Assembly (NCBI RefSeq): GCF_009914755.1
Contig: NC_060929.1
Length of the DNA: 64,000 bases
DNA from: the human T2T-CHM13v2.0 reference genome, Homo sapiens
Reading direction: 5' to 3' (one strand)
Shown here piece after piece: positions 16,448 to 38,467 of this stretch. The position numbers and the translations under genes were made by a program. The notes under the pieces are model-generated. The model did not search any database. It saw only the letters and a list, made by a program, of their open reading frames with translations, and was not told the DNA's origin. Positions within the stretch are counted from its first letter, which is position 1, and every line of letters begins with the position of its first letter.

Positions 16448-17547
16448 TCCTTAATTCCTTAATTGGTCTTTCAACTCAGTTTAAGTAGTACCTCCTTTAG
16501 AATATCTTCTGGGATTTGCCCCTCCAACACTGCCCCCACTTGATTTAGATCCCTCCCTTCCTAGTACTCTCATAAACATTCTAGCATACCTCCATCATAG
16601 CATTTATTAATCTGCACTGTTATCATCTGCCTTTCTGTCTTTACCAAATACGTGGCTCATGCAGACAGGGACTATTGTCTTATTCAGCTTTGTATCATTA
16701 GCACATGAGAGACATTTAATCACTAAATTCCATCTTCCAGACCATCCTATCCTATACTACTCTCAATTTTCTTTTCTTAAATTCTGTTTTCCATATCAAT
16801 ATCATAACACTAGAAATCATAATGTACTACACCATTGTCTTTCTTGTATCATTTTTTAAACCAATTACTCATGTCTTATGTTCCTAGAGATACTCTTGGG
16901 AAGAGGAACTGACTCACAATACTTTAATCTCCATAAGACTTCACCACAGACACTATGTAGTAATAGTTATTGACAATAATTTAAGATTATATAATCAAGA
17001 ATAATGTGACAGTTTACTGGTCTCATTGTATCACTGACTTTACTTATGGGTATGTGTACTTATTGGCTGTGTGATCTGGGCACTTCGCATCATTTAAACT
17101 TTGGTTTTCTCATTTGGATAAACAGGGACAATAACTGCATCACAAGACTATGAGTGGGTTTTACGGAAAATACCCTTTCATCTCTGGAACACATGCCTAA
17201 TAGAGCCTATAACATAGCAGACCCTGAAATATTTGTCAAATAAATATTTAAGTCTATATTTCTTGGTATGAAGTAGGTAGATGAGTAATTAAAAAGAACA
17301 AAAATTTAACATTTGTCCTGATCATCAAATAAGTACTACCTATATCAACTTTGCAGAGGAATTTCTCATTTGAAATTTTGCTACCAAAGAGTTACGAGTA
17401 TACGTGGAAACTTCAGAACAGAACCCTTCTCTGGAGTTACTGATCCTACTCTGAGAAGTACAAAATTTACCTTAGTTATTTTAAATCACAAAGTAATTTT
17501 AAATTTAATTGAAGCCAAGCTAGTACCTTTACTTATCAGAAAGTGAA

Positions 17548-18041
17548 AGCTGGGCATGGTAGCTTACATCTGTAATCCCAACATATTGTGAGGCTGAGGT
17601 GGGCAGATCACTTGAGGCCAGGAGCTTAAGACCAGCCTGGGCAACATAGCGAGACCCCTTCTCTATTTATTTAATAAAAAAGCAAAAGTGGGAGCAAGGA
17701 AATGTCCAGTGGCTAGACCATCTGTGGTAGACTTTCTGTGAACGCAATGGACATAGTAAGAACTTTTAAATAAGAAAGTCAGAGACACAGCTGGGCAGAT
17801 CACCTGAGCCCAGGAGTTTGAGACCAGCCTGAGCAACATGGCAAAACCCCATCTCTACAAAAAATTAGCTGAGCATGGTGGTGCACACCTGTAGTCTCAG
17901 CTACTTGGGAGGCTGGGGTGGAAGAATCAACTGAGCCCAGGAAGCTGAGGTGGCAGTGAGCTGTGATCGCATTATTACACCCCAGCATGGGCAACAGAGT
18001 GGTGAGACTGTGTCTCAAAAAAAAAAAAAAAAAAAAAAAAA
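17548..18041 (+). mobile_element. Alu monomer (17548-17682) and truncated AluJ-like (17791-18041)
   Basis: Alu consensus with A-tails. Confidence 0.85.
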
Positions 18042-18271
18042 GGCTCAAATCCCAGACCTCCTTCTTACTAGCTTTATGTCTAAGCAAATTCCTAAAAGTC
18101 TTAGCTTGTTTCCTTGACATAAAACTGGATACTTAAAAATCTTGCAGTGCTATTGAAGAAATTAAACATGATACTGAAAATTCACTGTGCAATGGTTGGT
18201 ATATAGCAGGAATTGAACAATTAAAGTTCCATATCAAGGGACCATAGATTCAAGAGAATTAAAAATTCTTA

Positions 18272-18481
<210 letters not shown>

Positions 18482-18673
18482 CTACTGTCCAGCGTGAAAT
18501 GGCCCCTCACTTCCTCTCTATTATAATGGTCTATTGTATTCCTTCAAAACTAACCTCCTCTTCAACCAACCACCCTTTTATTACTGAACCTCCCCCAACT
18601 CTAATAAATATCTCATTTTCATTTCTTCAATATTTATCAGTAATGCTTTCCTACCTACATCCTATCTACTTGC

Positions 18674-18840
18674 AGGGATCAGCAAGCTGCCTGTAAAGGA
18701 CCAGATAGTAACTATTTTAGGCTTTGCAGGCCATATGGTCTCAATTATTCAACTCTGCCACTGTAGCATGAAAGCAGGCACAGACAATACATAAATGAAT
18801 GGGCATGGTTGTGTTCCATTAAAACTTGATTCACAAGAAC
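18674..18840. mobile_element. MER58-like hAT-Charlie DNA transposon fragment
   Basis: ctgtaaaggaccagatagtaactattttaggctttgcaggccata...; a similar copy lies at about 29720-29885. Confidence 0.7.
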
Positions 18841-18934
18841 AGTTGGTTAGTAGTAGTTCAGCAGTCCCCTTCCACAATGTTATCCTTCCTTTTGTGCCTA
18901 TTTAAAAATCCAACTTATCTTTCAAGCTCCATCT

Positions 18935-19230
18935 TTTTTGTTTGTTTTTTGAGACAGCATCTCACTGTGTCACCCAGGTTGGACTGCAGTGGCGCAATCA
19001 TGGCTCACTTGCAGCCTTGACCTCTTGGGCTCAGATAATTCTCCCACTTCAGGGTCCCAAGGAGCTGGGACTACAGGTGCAGGCCACCACGCCCGGCTAA
19101 TTTTTTTATTTTTTGTGGAGATGAGGTTTCACCATATTGCCCAGGCTGGCCTCAAACTCCTGGGATCAAGCAATCTGCCTGCCTCAGCCTCCCAAACTGC
19201 TAGGAGTACAGGCATGAGCCACTGTTGCCC
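18935..19230 (-). mobile_element. Alu (J-like)
   Basis: Reverse Alu consensus. Confidence 0.88.
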
Positions 19231-19946
19231 TACCTTAAGCTCCATCTTGAACATGACTTTCTCTAAAAAAATTTTGTTTTCTCAACTGCCTATGATTGAG
19301 GTAAAATATACTTCTGCCTTCTGCATTCTTTTCAGACTATCCAAAGCCATCATATTCTTCCCTTCTCATGAAACGTTCCCTGATAAATGATACTCACTCT
19401 CTGCTTTGATAAACTTATTTTCATGGTATTTGTTATCTATATCTCATCCAACAATTAATTATTCAATGTTTTGTGACATTGCATACGTATTATCTTGATC
19501 TTTTTAAAGCCTCTGTTATTTAATAAGTGTGGATATTTCTCATCCCACCTAGATTTTGAACTTCAAGGGCATGGGCAAAACAGTATTTCATTGTATCACT
19601 CCCTTAATGGCTCTCATGATAGTAACATTCTCTAAAAAATGGTTGATGCTGGCTATCCAAGGAGGGTTGAGCAATACATAGGAAAAAACCAAGTAACTAT
19701 TCTGGACAGATATAATTGTAAAATACTTTGTACTATAGTGTAACTTGGTATCAAATTTTCAGAAAGTCATATGGGAATATCCCCGAAAGGAGAGTCGAGA
19801 AGCTGACAAAGCTAGCTGCCTCTGAGCAGAGGAATGGGGTGTTTGAACACGACAGTGGGAGGAATACTTTTGAACACAACCTTTTTATACCATTTGAATT
19901 TTAAACCACATGAAAAGTATTACCTGGTACAAATAAACAAGAATTA

Positions 19947-21541
<1,595 letters not shown>

Positions 21542-21858
21542 TCAAGACAACCCAAGGAAGAACTACAAGAATTAATCATTCAGTAAGGTTGACAGATAAA
21601 AGACAAGCATATGCACTTCCAGTTCCACCAAAATGGAGTAGCTTCATGTAGAGGAAATACTTAAGACAGTTATATTTAAAAAGTGAGGAGGGCAAAGAGA
21701 CTTAAATGGAAAAAAAAGTTGCTACACTTCACTCAACCTGGTAAAACACTGGGATAGGTTATGTATTAGACTGGGATAGGTTATATACGTATATTGTAAT
21801 ACCTACAACAACATCTAAGAAAACTATATAAAGCAATACACTCAAACACTGCAAATAA

Positions 21859-25067
<3,209 letters not shown>

Positions 25068-25370
25068 CTATTTTATGCACCATTAAAAATGAAAGAGTCC
25101 TGCCAATGAAACTATGACATCCACTGTGAGAAACATCATGATTTCAGAGATGTTTAAAAAATCATATCAGCATTTGACAAAATTTAAAATCCTATTCATG
25201 ATTTAAAACTCTAGGTAAACTTGGAATTAATGGCAACTTCCTCAACCTGATAAAGAACATTTACGAAAAATTTACAAATAACTTTATGCTTAATTGTGAA
25301 AGATTGAATTCTGAGACTCTAGAAACCAGGAACAAGGTAAAGATGTTTGCTCTCACTACTCTCTAAATTA

Positions 25371-25794
<424 letters not shown>

Positions 25795-26155
25795 TTACAT
25801 TTCAGTTATGTGAACAAAAGTTACGTGACCCAACTGTATGCTAAAAACCACAAAACACTGATGAGAGAAATCAAAGACCTATATAAATGGAAAGATACAT
25901 GATGTTCATAGAACATAAAATTCAACATTGAAAGATGTATATTTTCCCCAAATCGATCTACAGATTCAACATATCCTTTCATCCTATTAAACGGAATCAC
26001 CATGTGACCTAGCAAATCCACTCCTAAGGCATATATCCCCCAAAACCAAAAACAGCTACTCAAATGGATACAAGTACATGCACATTCATAGCAGCTCTAT
26101 TCAAAATAGACAAAACGTAGAAATAGTCTAACTGTCCACCAGGCGCAGTGGCTCA

Positions 26156-26449
<294 letters not shown>

Positions 26450-27450
26450 TCAATTAATGCATAAACAAACTGTGGCATATGCAATGGAATATTATTCTGC
26501 CATAAAAAGTAATGAGCTACTGATAACATGATACAATGTGGAGAATTCTCAAAAACATCATGCTAAAGTGAAAGAAGCCAGACACAAAAGTCACATATAT
26601 TATTTCACTTATATGAAATATTCAGAAGAGGTAAATCTATAGAGACACACATAGACTGGTGATTGTTAGGAGCTAAAGGGATGGAGGAATGAGGAGCAAC
26701 TGCTTAAAGTGTAAAGGATTTCTTTTGGGAGTGATGAAAATGTTTTGGAACTGGATAGATATGATGGTTGTACATTATGAGTATACCAAATGCCACTAAA
26801 TTGCTTGCTCTAAAATGGTTAATTTTATGTTGTGTGAATTTCATCTCAATAAAATTGTTTATTGTCTTACATGTTTAAAAACTAATTCAATTGGTGAAAC
26901 TTGAATATGGATTGTATATTAGATAACAGTATCCTATCAATGATAAATTTTCTAAATGTGATAATTACACTGTGATTATAGAACTTGTATTTAGAAGATG
27001 CATGCTGAAGAATTTAAGGGTAAAAGGTCATGCTGTTGGTACTTCATCTCAGTTTAGTTACAAAAAAAAAAAAAGAAAATGTTCATAGTAGCATTATTTA
27101 TAATAGCCAAAAAGTGGAAACAATCCTAATGTCCATCAACTGATGAATGGAAAAAACAAAATGTGGTGTCATAAAAAGGAATGAAGTGCTAATACATGCT
27201 GCAACACGAACCTTGCAAGCATCATGATTAGTGAAAGAAGCCAGACACAAAGGGCACATACTTTATTAATTATATTGACACAACATGTCCATGACAGGCA
27301 AATCCATATGATAGTAAGTAAATTAGCAGATGCCAAGTTGGGTGGAATGGGAAGTAGGAAGTGGCTGCTAGTGGATTCAGGGTTTCTTGTAAGCGTGATA
27401 AGAATGCTGTGGAATTAGATAGTGGTAATGGCTGGACAACTTTCTGAATA

Positions 27451-27769
27451 CAGACTATCCCTGACTTAAGATAATTCAACCTAACAATTTTTTTTAGCTT
27501 ATGATGGTGCAAAAGCCATATGCATTCAGTAGAAATTGTACTTCAAATTTTGATTCAAAATTCATTATCAACATTATAAAACTGGCTTTGCGTTACATTA
27601 TTTTGTCCAATTGTAAGCTAATATAAGTGTCCCGAGCATGTTTAAGGTAGGCTAGGCTAAGAAAGATGTTTGGTAAGTTAGGTGTTATTAAATGCATTCC
27701 AACTTAACAATATTTTCGACTCACAATGGCTTTCAGGACATAATTCTATTGTAAGTCAAGGAGCATCTG
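27451..27769. mobile_element. Non-autonomous Tigger-type (MER47/Tigger3-like) DNA transposon
   Basis: Imperfect TIRs cagactatccctgacttaag / gtaagtcaaggagcatctg, flanked by TA on both sides. Confidence 0.78.
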
Positions 27770-28107
27770 TACACACACAAAAAATGGGATTGTATACTTT
27801 AAAGATGAATTTTATCATATGTGAATTATATGTCAATACAATCAATAGATAAATGTATACATGCATATAGACAAGCATGCATCTATACAACGGACCATAG
27901 AACTAAATGGAAAACCTAAAACTACCAAACATCTAGAAGAGAACAGGGGAAAATCTTCACAGCTTTGAGGTGGTAATAATTTCTCAGGTAAGACACAAAA
28001 AAAAGTATAAATCGGCCGGGCGCGGTGGCTCACGCCTGTAATCCCAGCACTTTGGGAGGCTGAGGCAGACAGATCACAAGGTCAGGAGATCGAGACCATC
28101 CTGGCTA

Positions 28108-28293
<186 letters not shown>

Positions 28294-29445
28294 TCAAAAA
28301 AATAAAAATAAAAATAAAGAAAGAAAAGAATACAAAACATAAAAAGAAAAATTGATGAAGCAGACTTCATCAAAATTAAAAACTTCTGTTCTTTTGAAGC
28401 CATTATTAAGAAATGAGAAGACAAGATTGGGAGAAAATATCTGCAAAACACTTATCCGATAAAGAACTAGTATACCCAACACAGATTAAAAAGTTATGAC
28501 TAGATCATAAGAAAACAACCCAATTTTAAAAAATGGACAGATTTGGAAAGTCACTTTACCAAAGAAGATATACAGATGGCAAATTAAGCACAGAGAAAGC
28601 TGCTCAATATCATCAGTAAGTCATGAAAACTATGTACTAGGAATTAAACTCATTAGGAATTAAAACTACAAAGTCTAACCTTTTAAAATCACTAAAAACA
28701 AAACCAAACAAAACTTATGAGACTTAAGTGTTGGTGAGGATGCAAAGCATTTGCAACTCTCATACATTGCTAGTGGAAATGAAAAATGGTACAGCCACTT
28801 TGGAAAACAGTTTGGCAGTTTCTTATACAGTTAAACATACATTTACCATACCATATGACCCAACAATCTCATCCCTAGGTGTTTATCCCTCCAAAATGAA
28901 AATATATTTGTCTAGACAAAATCCTGTATGCAAACGTTTCTATCAGCTTTATTCATAATTGCCAAAAACTGGATACAACCCAGATGTCCATCAGCCAGTG
29001 AATGGACATAATGGACATTATGCTAAAATCAAAGAATCCAGACTGAAAAGGCTACTTAGTGTATGATTCTACTTATATGACAGTCTGAAAAAGACACAAC
29101 TGTCAGAAAATAGATCAGTGGTATGCCAGGGTTTGGCAATAAGGAGGAGGACTGACAAATGAACATGAAGGAACTTTTTGGAGTGACTGTGATTATATGG
29201 CCGTATACATTTGTCAGCCATATAATACTGTACACATAAAAAGGGTGAATTTTACTATATATAAATTATATCTCAGCAAACCTGACTAAACAAATTGTAT
29301 CTTCAAGGCCAATACAGTAGGATAAAGCTAAAATAACTATAATAGTGTGAGAACAGCTGGACACAGTGGCTCATGCCTGTAATCCCAGCACTTTGGAAGG
29401 ACAAGTGGTAGGACTGCTTGAGTCCAGGAGCTCGAGACCAGCCTA

Positions 29446-29595
<150 letters not shown>

Positions 29596-30423
29596 TCAGC
29601 CTGGGCAACAGAATGAGACCCTGTCTCAGAAAAAAAGCAACAACAAAAAACAGTGTGAGATGATGAGAGAAGAACACATTAAGCAAATAAAGAAATAAAA
29701 GAAATTCCATAAACAGACATATATTTTAGGCTTTGTGGACCATATATTAATAGTTTCTGTTGCAACTACTCAACTCTGCTGGCATAATATGAAAATAGTC
29801 ATTGACAATGACAATAGAATGGCTGTGTTCCAATAAAACCTTATTAACAAAACATGTTGGCCGTAGTTTGCTGACTCCTGGTCTAACCAATAGTGTTGGG
29901 ACGACTGGCTTTCCATTTTAAAGGAATATAGTAAGATCCTAATTTTATGATATTCACAAAACTAAATTCTAGATACATTAAAAATCTAACTATAAAAAAC
30001 AGAAATATAATCTTGAATAAATGAAAACTTCCCTAAGAATAACAAAAAATCAAGATGGTATAAAGTAAAACATATGAGACTCTGGGGCCGGGCACAGTGG
30101 CTCATGCCTGTATCCCAGCACTTTGGGAGGCTGAGGTGGGCAGATCACCTGAGGTCAGGAGTTTGAGCGCAGCCTGGCCAACATGGCGAAACCCTGTCTC
30201 TACTAAAACTACAAAAATTAGCCAGGCATGGTGGCGCATGCCTGTAATCCCAGCTACTCGGGAGGCTGAGGCAGGATAACTGCTTGAACTCAGGAGGCAG
30301 AGGCTGAAGTGAGCCAAAACTCCGTCTCAAAAAACAAACAAACAAACAAAATATGAGACCAGCCAGGCGTGGTGGCTCACACCTGTAATCACAGCACTTT
30401 AGGAGGCCGAGGCAGGTGGATCA

Positions 30424-30702
<279 letters not shown>

Positions 30703-31262
30703 TTAAAGTTGAATAAAACAGGCTCACAGCTGAAAGCCTTAGAAAGACTACACTCTAGGAACAGGGTGAAAGAGGTAGATCAAGCTTTTCCAAAACCACA
30801 ACCACGTCTTGGCACAGCTCAATTCCTGACTGGATTAACACAATCAGCCTCTACTATTATCTGTCTAGAGAGGAAAGTGTGACTTCTCTTTTCAGAGAAA
30901 AGTAACATCATCTGGAGTTTCCACCATTGTTATATGCAATGCCTGGGCATTTAATCAAAATTACTAGTAATGTCAAAAGGGAGGATCATTTGCCCAAAGT
31001 TCAAGGAACAAACCAATAGGAACAGATTCACATACAACTCAGACATTACAGTTTCCCAAAAAGGACTTTAAAATCACTCTGGTTAACATGTTCTGGAATA
31101 TAGAGGAAAAAATAAAAATAAATGAAGACGGAGAAGTTCATCAGAGAAGTAGAATTTACTTTTAAAAAATCTATGAACATTCAGCCAGGCGCGGTAATCC
31201 CGCACTTTGGGAGGCCAAGGCGGGCGGATCATGAGGTCAGGAGATCAAGACCATCCTGGTTA

Positions 31263-31478
<216 letters not shown>

Positions 31479-34400
31479 CTATGAATATTCTACAACTAAA
31501 AAATATTAATATAATTGAAATTAAAAGCTCAACAGATGGGTTTAACAGTAGACATAGTAGAAATGGGTGAACTGGAAGACAGTAACAAAGATCCAAACTA
31601 AAAGCACAGAGGTTAAAAATGGTAAGAATGAAAAAGAATGTAATGGACAAGTGAGACACATTGAAAAGGCCAATGGTCCAACATATGTATAACTGGAGGC
31701 CCAGAAAGAGAAGAAAAATTGGACAGGAGCAAGATTTGAAGAGAAAATAGTTGTGTATTTTTCAGAAGTGATGAAAGCCTTCAACATACAGAATCAAGCA
31801 GCTCAGAGAAACTCAAGTATAAATACAAAGAAAACCACACCGTGGCATATCATCATAGTAAAACTGCTAAAAATCAGAGTTAAAAAAAAAATCCTTGCTG
31901 GGTGTGGTGATCCAGATGATTCACACCTGTAATCCACTTTGAGAGGCTAATGTGCGTGGATTCCTTGAGCCCAGGAGTTTGAGACCAACCCAGGCAACAC
32001 AGTGAGACTCCATCTTTACAAAACAACTAAAAAATTAGCTGGATGCGGTGGTGCACGCTTGTAGTCCTAGCTTCTCAGGAAGCTGAGGTAGGAGGCTCAC
32101 TTAAGCCTGGGAGCTCAAGGCTACCATGAGCTATGATTGCGCCACTCCACTCCAGCCTGGGCGACAGAGCAAGATCTTGTTTCAAAAAAAAAAACCTCAA
32201 AATAGCAGGGGGTGGAACATATTATCTTCAAATGAAAAACAATAAGACTGACAGTGGAATTCTTTAAAAAAAAAAAAAAGAAAAAACATCTTCCAAAATA
32301 TGGATGAAATAAAGATATATCCACAAAAAAACACAATTCATTAGCAGCAGACCTGAACTAATATAGTAAAGGGAGTATTTATTCAGGCAGAAGAAAGAAA
32401 AAATTATCCGAAGGAAATACAAAAATGTAGACAGGAAGCAAAAACACTAGAAAGGTGTTTCTAAGTGACTACTGGTATTACAAAGTAACAGTAAAAATAT
32501 TTGTGGGGTTTAAAGCACCTACAGAATCAAACTGCATGACACCAGTAACTCAAAAGGAAGGTACATAACAGAGCTAAAATGTTCCAGCCTGGGCAATAAG
32601 GGCAATAAGGTTGAGACCCTGTCTCTACAAAAAGTACAAAAATTAGCAAGCATGGTGATGTGTGCCTGTAGTCCCAGTTACTTGGGAGGCTCAGGTGGGA
32701 GAATCACCTAAGCCCGAGGAGGCTGAGGCTGCAGTGAGCCACAATCATGCCACTGTACTCCAGCCTGGGTGACAAAGTGAGACCCTGCCTCAAAAAAGAA
32801 AAATAAAAAAAGAAATGTTGTAAAGTTCTAGCATTATCTAGAGGGTAGTAAAATTATAATTTGTATTAGACTATCATAAGTCAAGTATGTATATTGTAAT
32901 TTTTAAGATACTCACTAGGAGGATAGTAAAAAGGTATATAACGACAGGGGAAATGTGAAATAATACAGTTCTAAATTAATCCGTAAGAGGGCAAAAACAG
33001 AAAAAAGAACATAAATCATGAAAATCAAACAGAAAACAAATAGAAATAGGGTATATATCAACTCAAATGGATTAAATATATGAAAAGACTAAAACTGTCA
33101 GACTGGAGTTACAAAACATACTAAATATGTGCTGCTTATAAGGGACACACCTTAAATAAAGACACAGATATATTGAGAGTAAAATAGTGGAAGAAGATGT
33201 ACTAATCAAAAGAACAATAATCAAGAGAAAACTGGTGTAGCTATACTAGTATCAGATAGAGATATCATCTCTAATAACTGGCATGATACATACATTTCAT
33301 AATAAAGGGTCAATCCTTGAGGAAAATATAATAATTCTAAATCTAAAAATATCCAATAATTTAGTTTTAAAATATATAAAGTTAAAAATTGAGTGAACTA
33401 AAGGCTGAAAAAGACAAATCCATAACCACAGTGGAAGAATTAACACCCGTCACACAATACTAATAAAACAAGCAGATAAAAACTTGGAAAGGACGTAGAA
33501 AATCTGACCATATCTAACAAAGTTAACTGACATGTTAGAACAATGTACCCAATAATACTAACATATCTTTTTTCATATGTATACAGCATATTTGCCAAAA
33601 TTTACCATATATGGGTAAAAGCAAGCCTCAACAAATTTCAAAGGATAGAAATAATTCAAAGTACTAAGCTATCAGTAAAAAGATAACCAAAAAATACCCA
33701 ATTATTTGGATATTAAGCAAATATATAAATAACTCTGGAGTCAGGTAAGAAATCACAAAATAGAAAAAAATATTTTGAATGGAATGAAATCAACACATCA
33801 CATGCAACAAATGGAACTCATAAAAAGCACAAAATAAGACGGTAGATTTAAACCTCAATATTTCAGTAATTACATTAAATGTAAACAGACTACACACTCT
33901 GTATTGGTTGAGACCAATGGTGTCAAGTGGATTAAAAAACAAGAGTCCAAGGATATGCTGTTTATGAGAAACATCTAGAGCAAGGATACAGAAAGGAAGA
34001 AAAAGTACAGCTATACCAGGCAAATTCTAACTAGAAGAAAGTTGTCCAAGTTGCATTCACATCAGACGAAAATAGTCTTTAAGGTAACAAAAAGCAGTAT
34101 AAAAGATAAAGAGGGACTTTCTATACTGATTAAAAAAAAAAGTTTAGTTCATCAGGAAAATGCAGGATTTTTAAATTTGTATGTACCTAATAACATTATC
34201 TTAAGATAAATAAAGCACCAAAAATGTATAACCTGAATCTAATAATGAGGACACGAGACAAATCCAAACTGATGGACACGTTAAGGTCACAAAAAATAAA
34301 AACTGAGGAACTATAACAAAGAGTCTGACTTCATTTTTTGATGTTTAACTGCTGACAGCTCACCTCTTCCTCTTTCTCTCATGTCCTATATCTGTACATA

Positions 34401-34570
34401 AGCCAGATGTAAACCTTACCTCTTTTTCTTTCTCCTAAGTCCCTTATCCAGGCAAGCTGATATGAAAGTCTAGATGTTCCTTCCTTGGGAATCAGCAAGA
34501 AATCCAAACTAGGTAAAGTCCGCTCTTGTGTAAGAACTCTCACCCCAGCCCAAGCCCCTAACCACAATAA

Positions 34571-34903
<333 letters not shown>

Positions 34904-35993
34904 TAAGTGGGGGTCTATAATGCCCTTGCAGGTGACCATAACAGGAACTGTTCCCAATTAAATGAGACTAAAGATAAAAGACAAATGAATGCAGTACATG
35001 ATCCAGGACTTTTTTCTATAAAGGACATTATTGTGACAATTGGTAAAATCTGAAGAAAGTCGGTAGATTAAATAACAGTATTGCACTTATGTTAATTTTC
35101 TAACTTTGACAACTGTACCGCATTTATGGACCTGTTATTAGAAAACACACTGGGCCGGGCTCAGTGGCTTATGCCTATAATCCCAGCACTTTGGAAGGCC
35201 AAGGAGGAAGGATCACTGGAGCCCAAGAGTTCAAGAAGAGCCTGGGCAACATAGTGAGACCACATCTCTACCAAAAATACAAATCAAAAAATTAGCCAGG
35301 TGCGGTGGCACACGCCTGTAGTCCCAGTTACTCAGAAGGCTGAGGTGAAAGGATTGCTTGTGCCAGGGAGTTCAAGGTTACAGTGTCACCACACTCCAGC
35401 CTGGGCAACAGAGCAAGACCCTGTCTCTTAAAAAAAAAGGCATCGTGTCTAACTTACCCTCAAATAGTTCAATAAAAAATACTATACTCACATACACATA
35501 CATAAATAACACACACAGAGAGAGAAAAGGGTAAGACAAAGGTAAAATATTAACAGTTGATTTGGAATGTGGTCAAGCAAATGCAGGAAATTTTTTGTAC
35601 TATTCTAGCAGCTTTTCTGTATGTCTAAAATTATGTCAATATAAAAAAATCAAAAGAAAAAATATAAAATAAAACCAAATAGTACAATGCCTACTCCATA
35701 AAGTGAGATATTTTGACTACTTTTCTCAGTAATTGATAAAACAAATAGAATACAGAAAATTCAAACAACACAATTAACAGACAAGAACAAATGGAGACAT
35801 ACAGAACACTTCACGTAACTGAAGACCATATACGTGTTCTTTCAGTGCACACAGAACATTTATAATATTTGGCAATATTCTGAGCCCTAAAGCAAAACTC
35901 TACAAATTTCTAAAGACTGAAATCACAAGAGCACCTACCAGAATGCAATTAGCCGGAAATTAACAAGAAATACAAAAAATCCTGAAAATTCCA

Positions 35994-36966
35994 TGTGGTA
36001 GACAGAATAATGGTCCTCCAAAGATGTCCACATTCTAATTCCCACAATCTGGGAATATTGAACAAGCTTATGCAGCAGAAGAGACTTTGCAGGCATGATT
36101 TAATTAAGGATCTTGAGATGACAGGATTAATCTGGATTATCTGGGTAGGCTCAGTATAATCACAAGTTGTTTTTGTTGTTTTTTTTTTTTTAGAGTTGCA
36201 GTCCTACTCGGTCACCCAGGCTGGAGAACAGTGGTGCAATCAGAGCTCACTGTAGCCTTAAATTCCTGGGCTCAAGCAATCCTCCCGCCTCAGCCTCCTG
36301 AGCTGTCAGGACTACAGGCACATGCCACCACACTTAGCTACAAGGATTCTTATAAGAAGGAGATACGAGGACCAGAGTCAGAGAGGACATGTGATGACAG
36401 AAGCAGAGGTCAGAGAAAGAGATTTGAAGATGCTATGCTGCTGGCTTTAAAGATTGAGGAAGGGACCATAAGCCAAGGAATCTGGGCAGGCATTAGACAT
36501 TGGAAAAGGAAAGGAAATAGATTCTTCTTTAGAGCCTCCAGAAGGAATACAGCCCTGCCAACATTTCGATTTTAGAAATTCTGGCCTCCAGAACTGTAAG
36601 ATAATACGTTTGCATTGTTTTAAGTCACTAAATTTGTGGTAATTTGTTATAGGAACAATAGGAAACTAATACACTCAATATATATGGAAATTAAGTACTT
36701 CAAATCTGATGTGTCCTTATAAAGGAGAGGAAATCTGGACACACAAAGAGACACAAGGAATGCGCACACAGAAGAAAAGACCACACGAGGACACAGCAAG
36801 AAGGCAACCATCTGCAAGAGAAGGCGAGAGGCCTCAGAAGAAATGAAACTTGCTAACACCTTGATCTTGGACTTCAAGCCTCCAGAACTGTGAGAAATAA
36901 ATTTCTGTTGTTTAAGCTACTCAGTCTGTGGCACTCTCTTACGGCAGCCCTAGCAAACGAATACAC
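35994..36966 (+). mobile_element. MLT1-type MaLR LTR sequence (two pieces), interrupted by an Alu arm
   Basis: tgtggtagacagaataatgg...; gcctccagaactgtgagaaataaatttctgttgtttaagc...gcaaacgaataca. Confidence 0.8.
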
Positions 36967-37083
36967 TTCCTATCAAGACTTAAGGGATGTGAGCCAGGCA
37001 TGGTGGCTCACACCTGTAATCCCAGCACTTTGGGAGGCTGACGCGGGCCTATCACTTAAGGTTAGGAGTTCAAGACCAGCCTA

Positions 37084-37476
<393 letters not shown>

Positions 37477-37521
37477 TTAGCCAGGCGTGGTGGTGGGCGC
37501 CTATGTAATTCCAGCTACTCA

Positions 37522-37626
<105 letters not shown>

Positions 37627-38074
37627 TCAAAAAAACCCCCCAAGAAAACATCGTCTCAAATGCATATATGACAGGGAAAAAAGACTAAAAACTAAAGAGG
37701 TAAGTACCTATTTAAAAAAATTAGAATAAGAATAATAAAATAAACCAAAAGAAAAATTTAAAGATAGAGACAAGAACAGAAATTAGTGAAATCTGTAGCA
37801 GAGGGGATTCACGAAGCCAACAGTTTTGGCTTAAAACATTTTTTTTAAGACCAGTTAAATTCAGTATTTTAAAACAAGAAAGAAAAACAGAGAAATCAGG
37901 CATAAGTAACTAACATCAGGAACAAAATACAGGACTGAACTAAATATGGCTCAGGCTCAAGCATTAAGAGGAATAATATCAGGCAGGGCGCGGTGGCTCA
38001 TGCCTGTAATCCCAGTACTTTGGGAGGCTGAGGCGGGCAGATCACCTGAAGCCAAGAGTTTGAGATCAGCCTCA

Positions 38075-38467
<393 letters not shown>

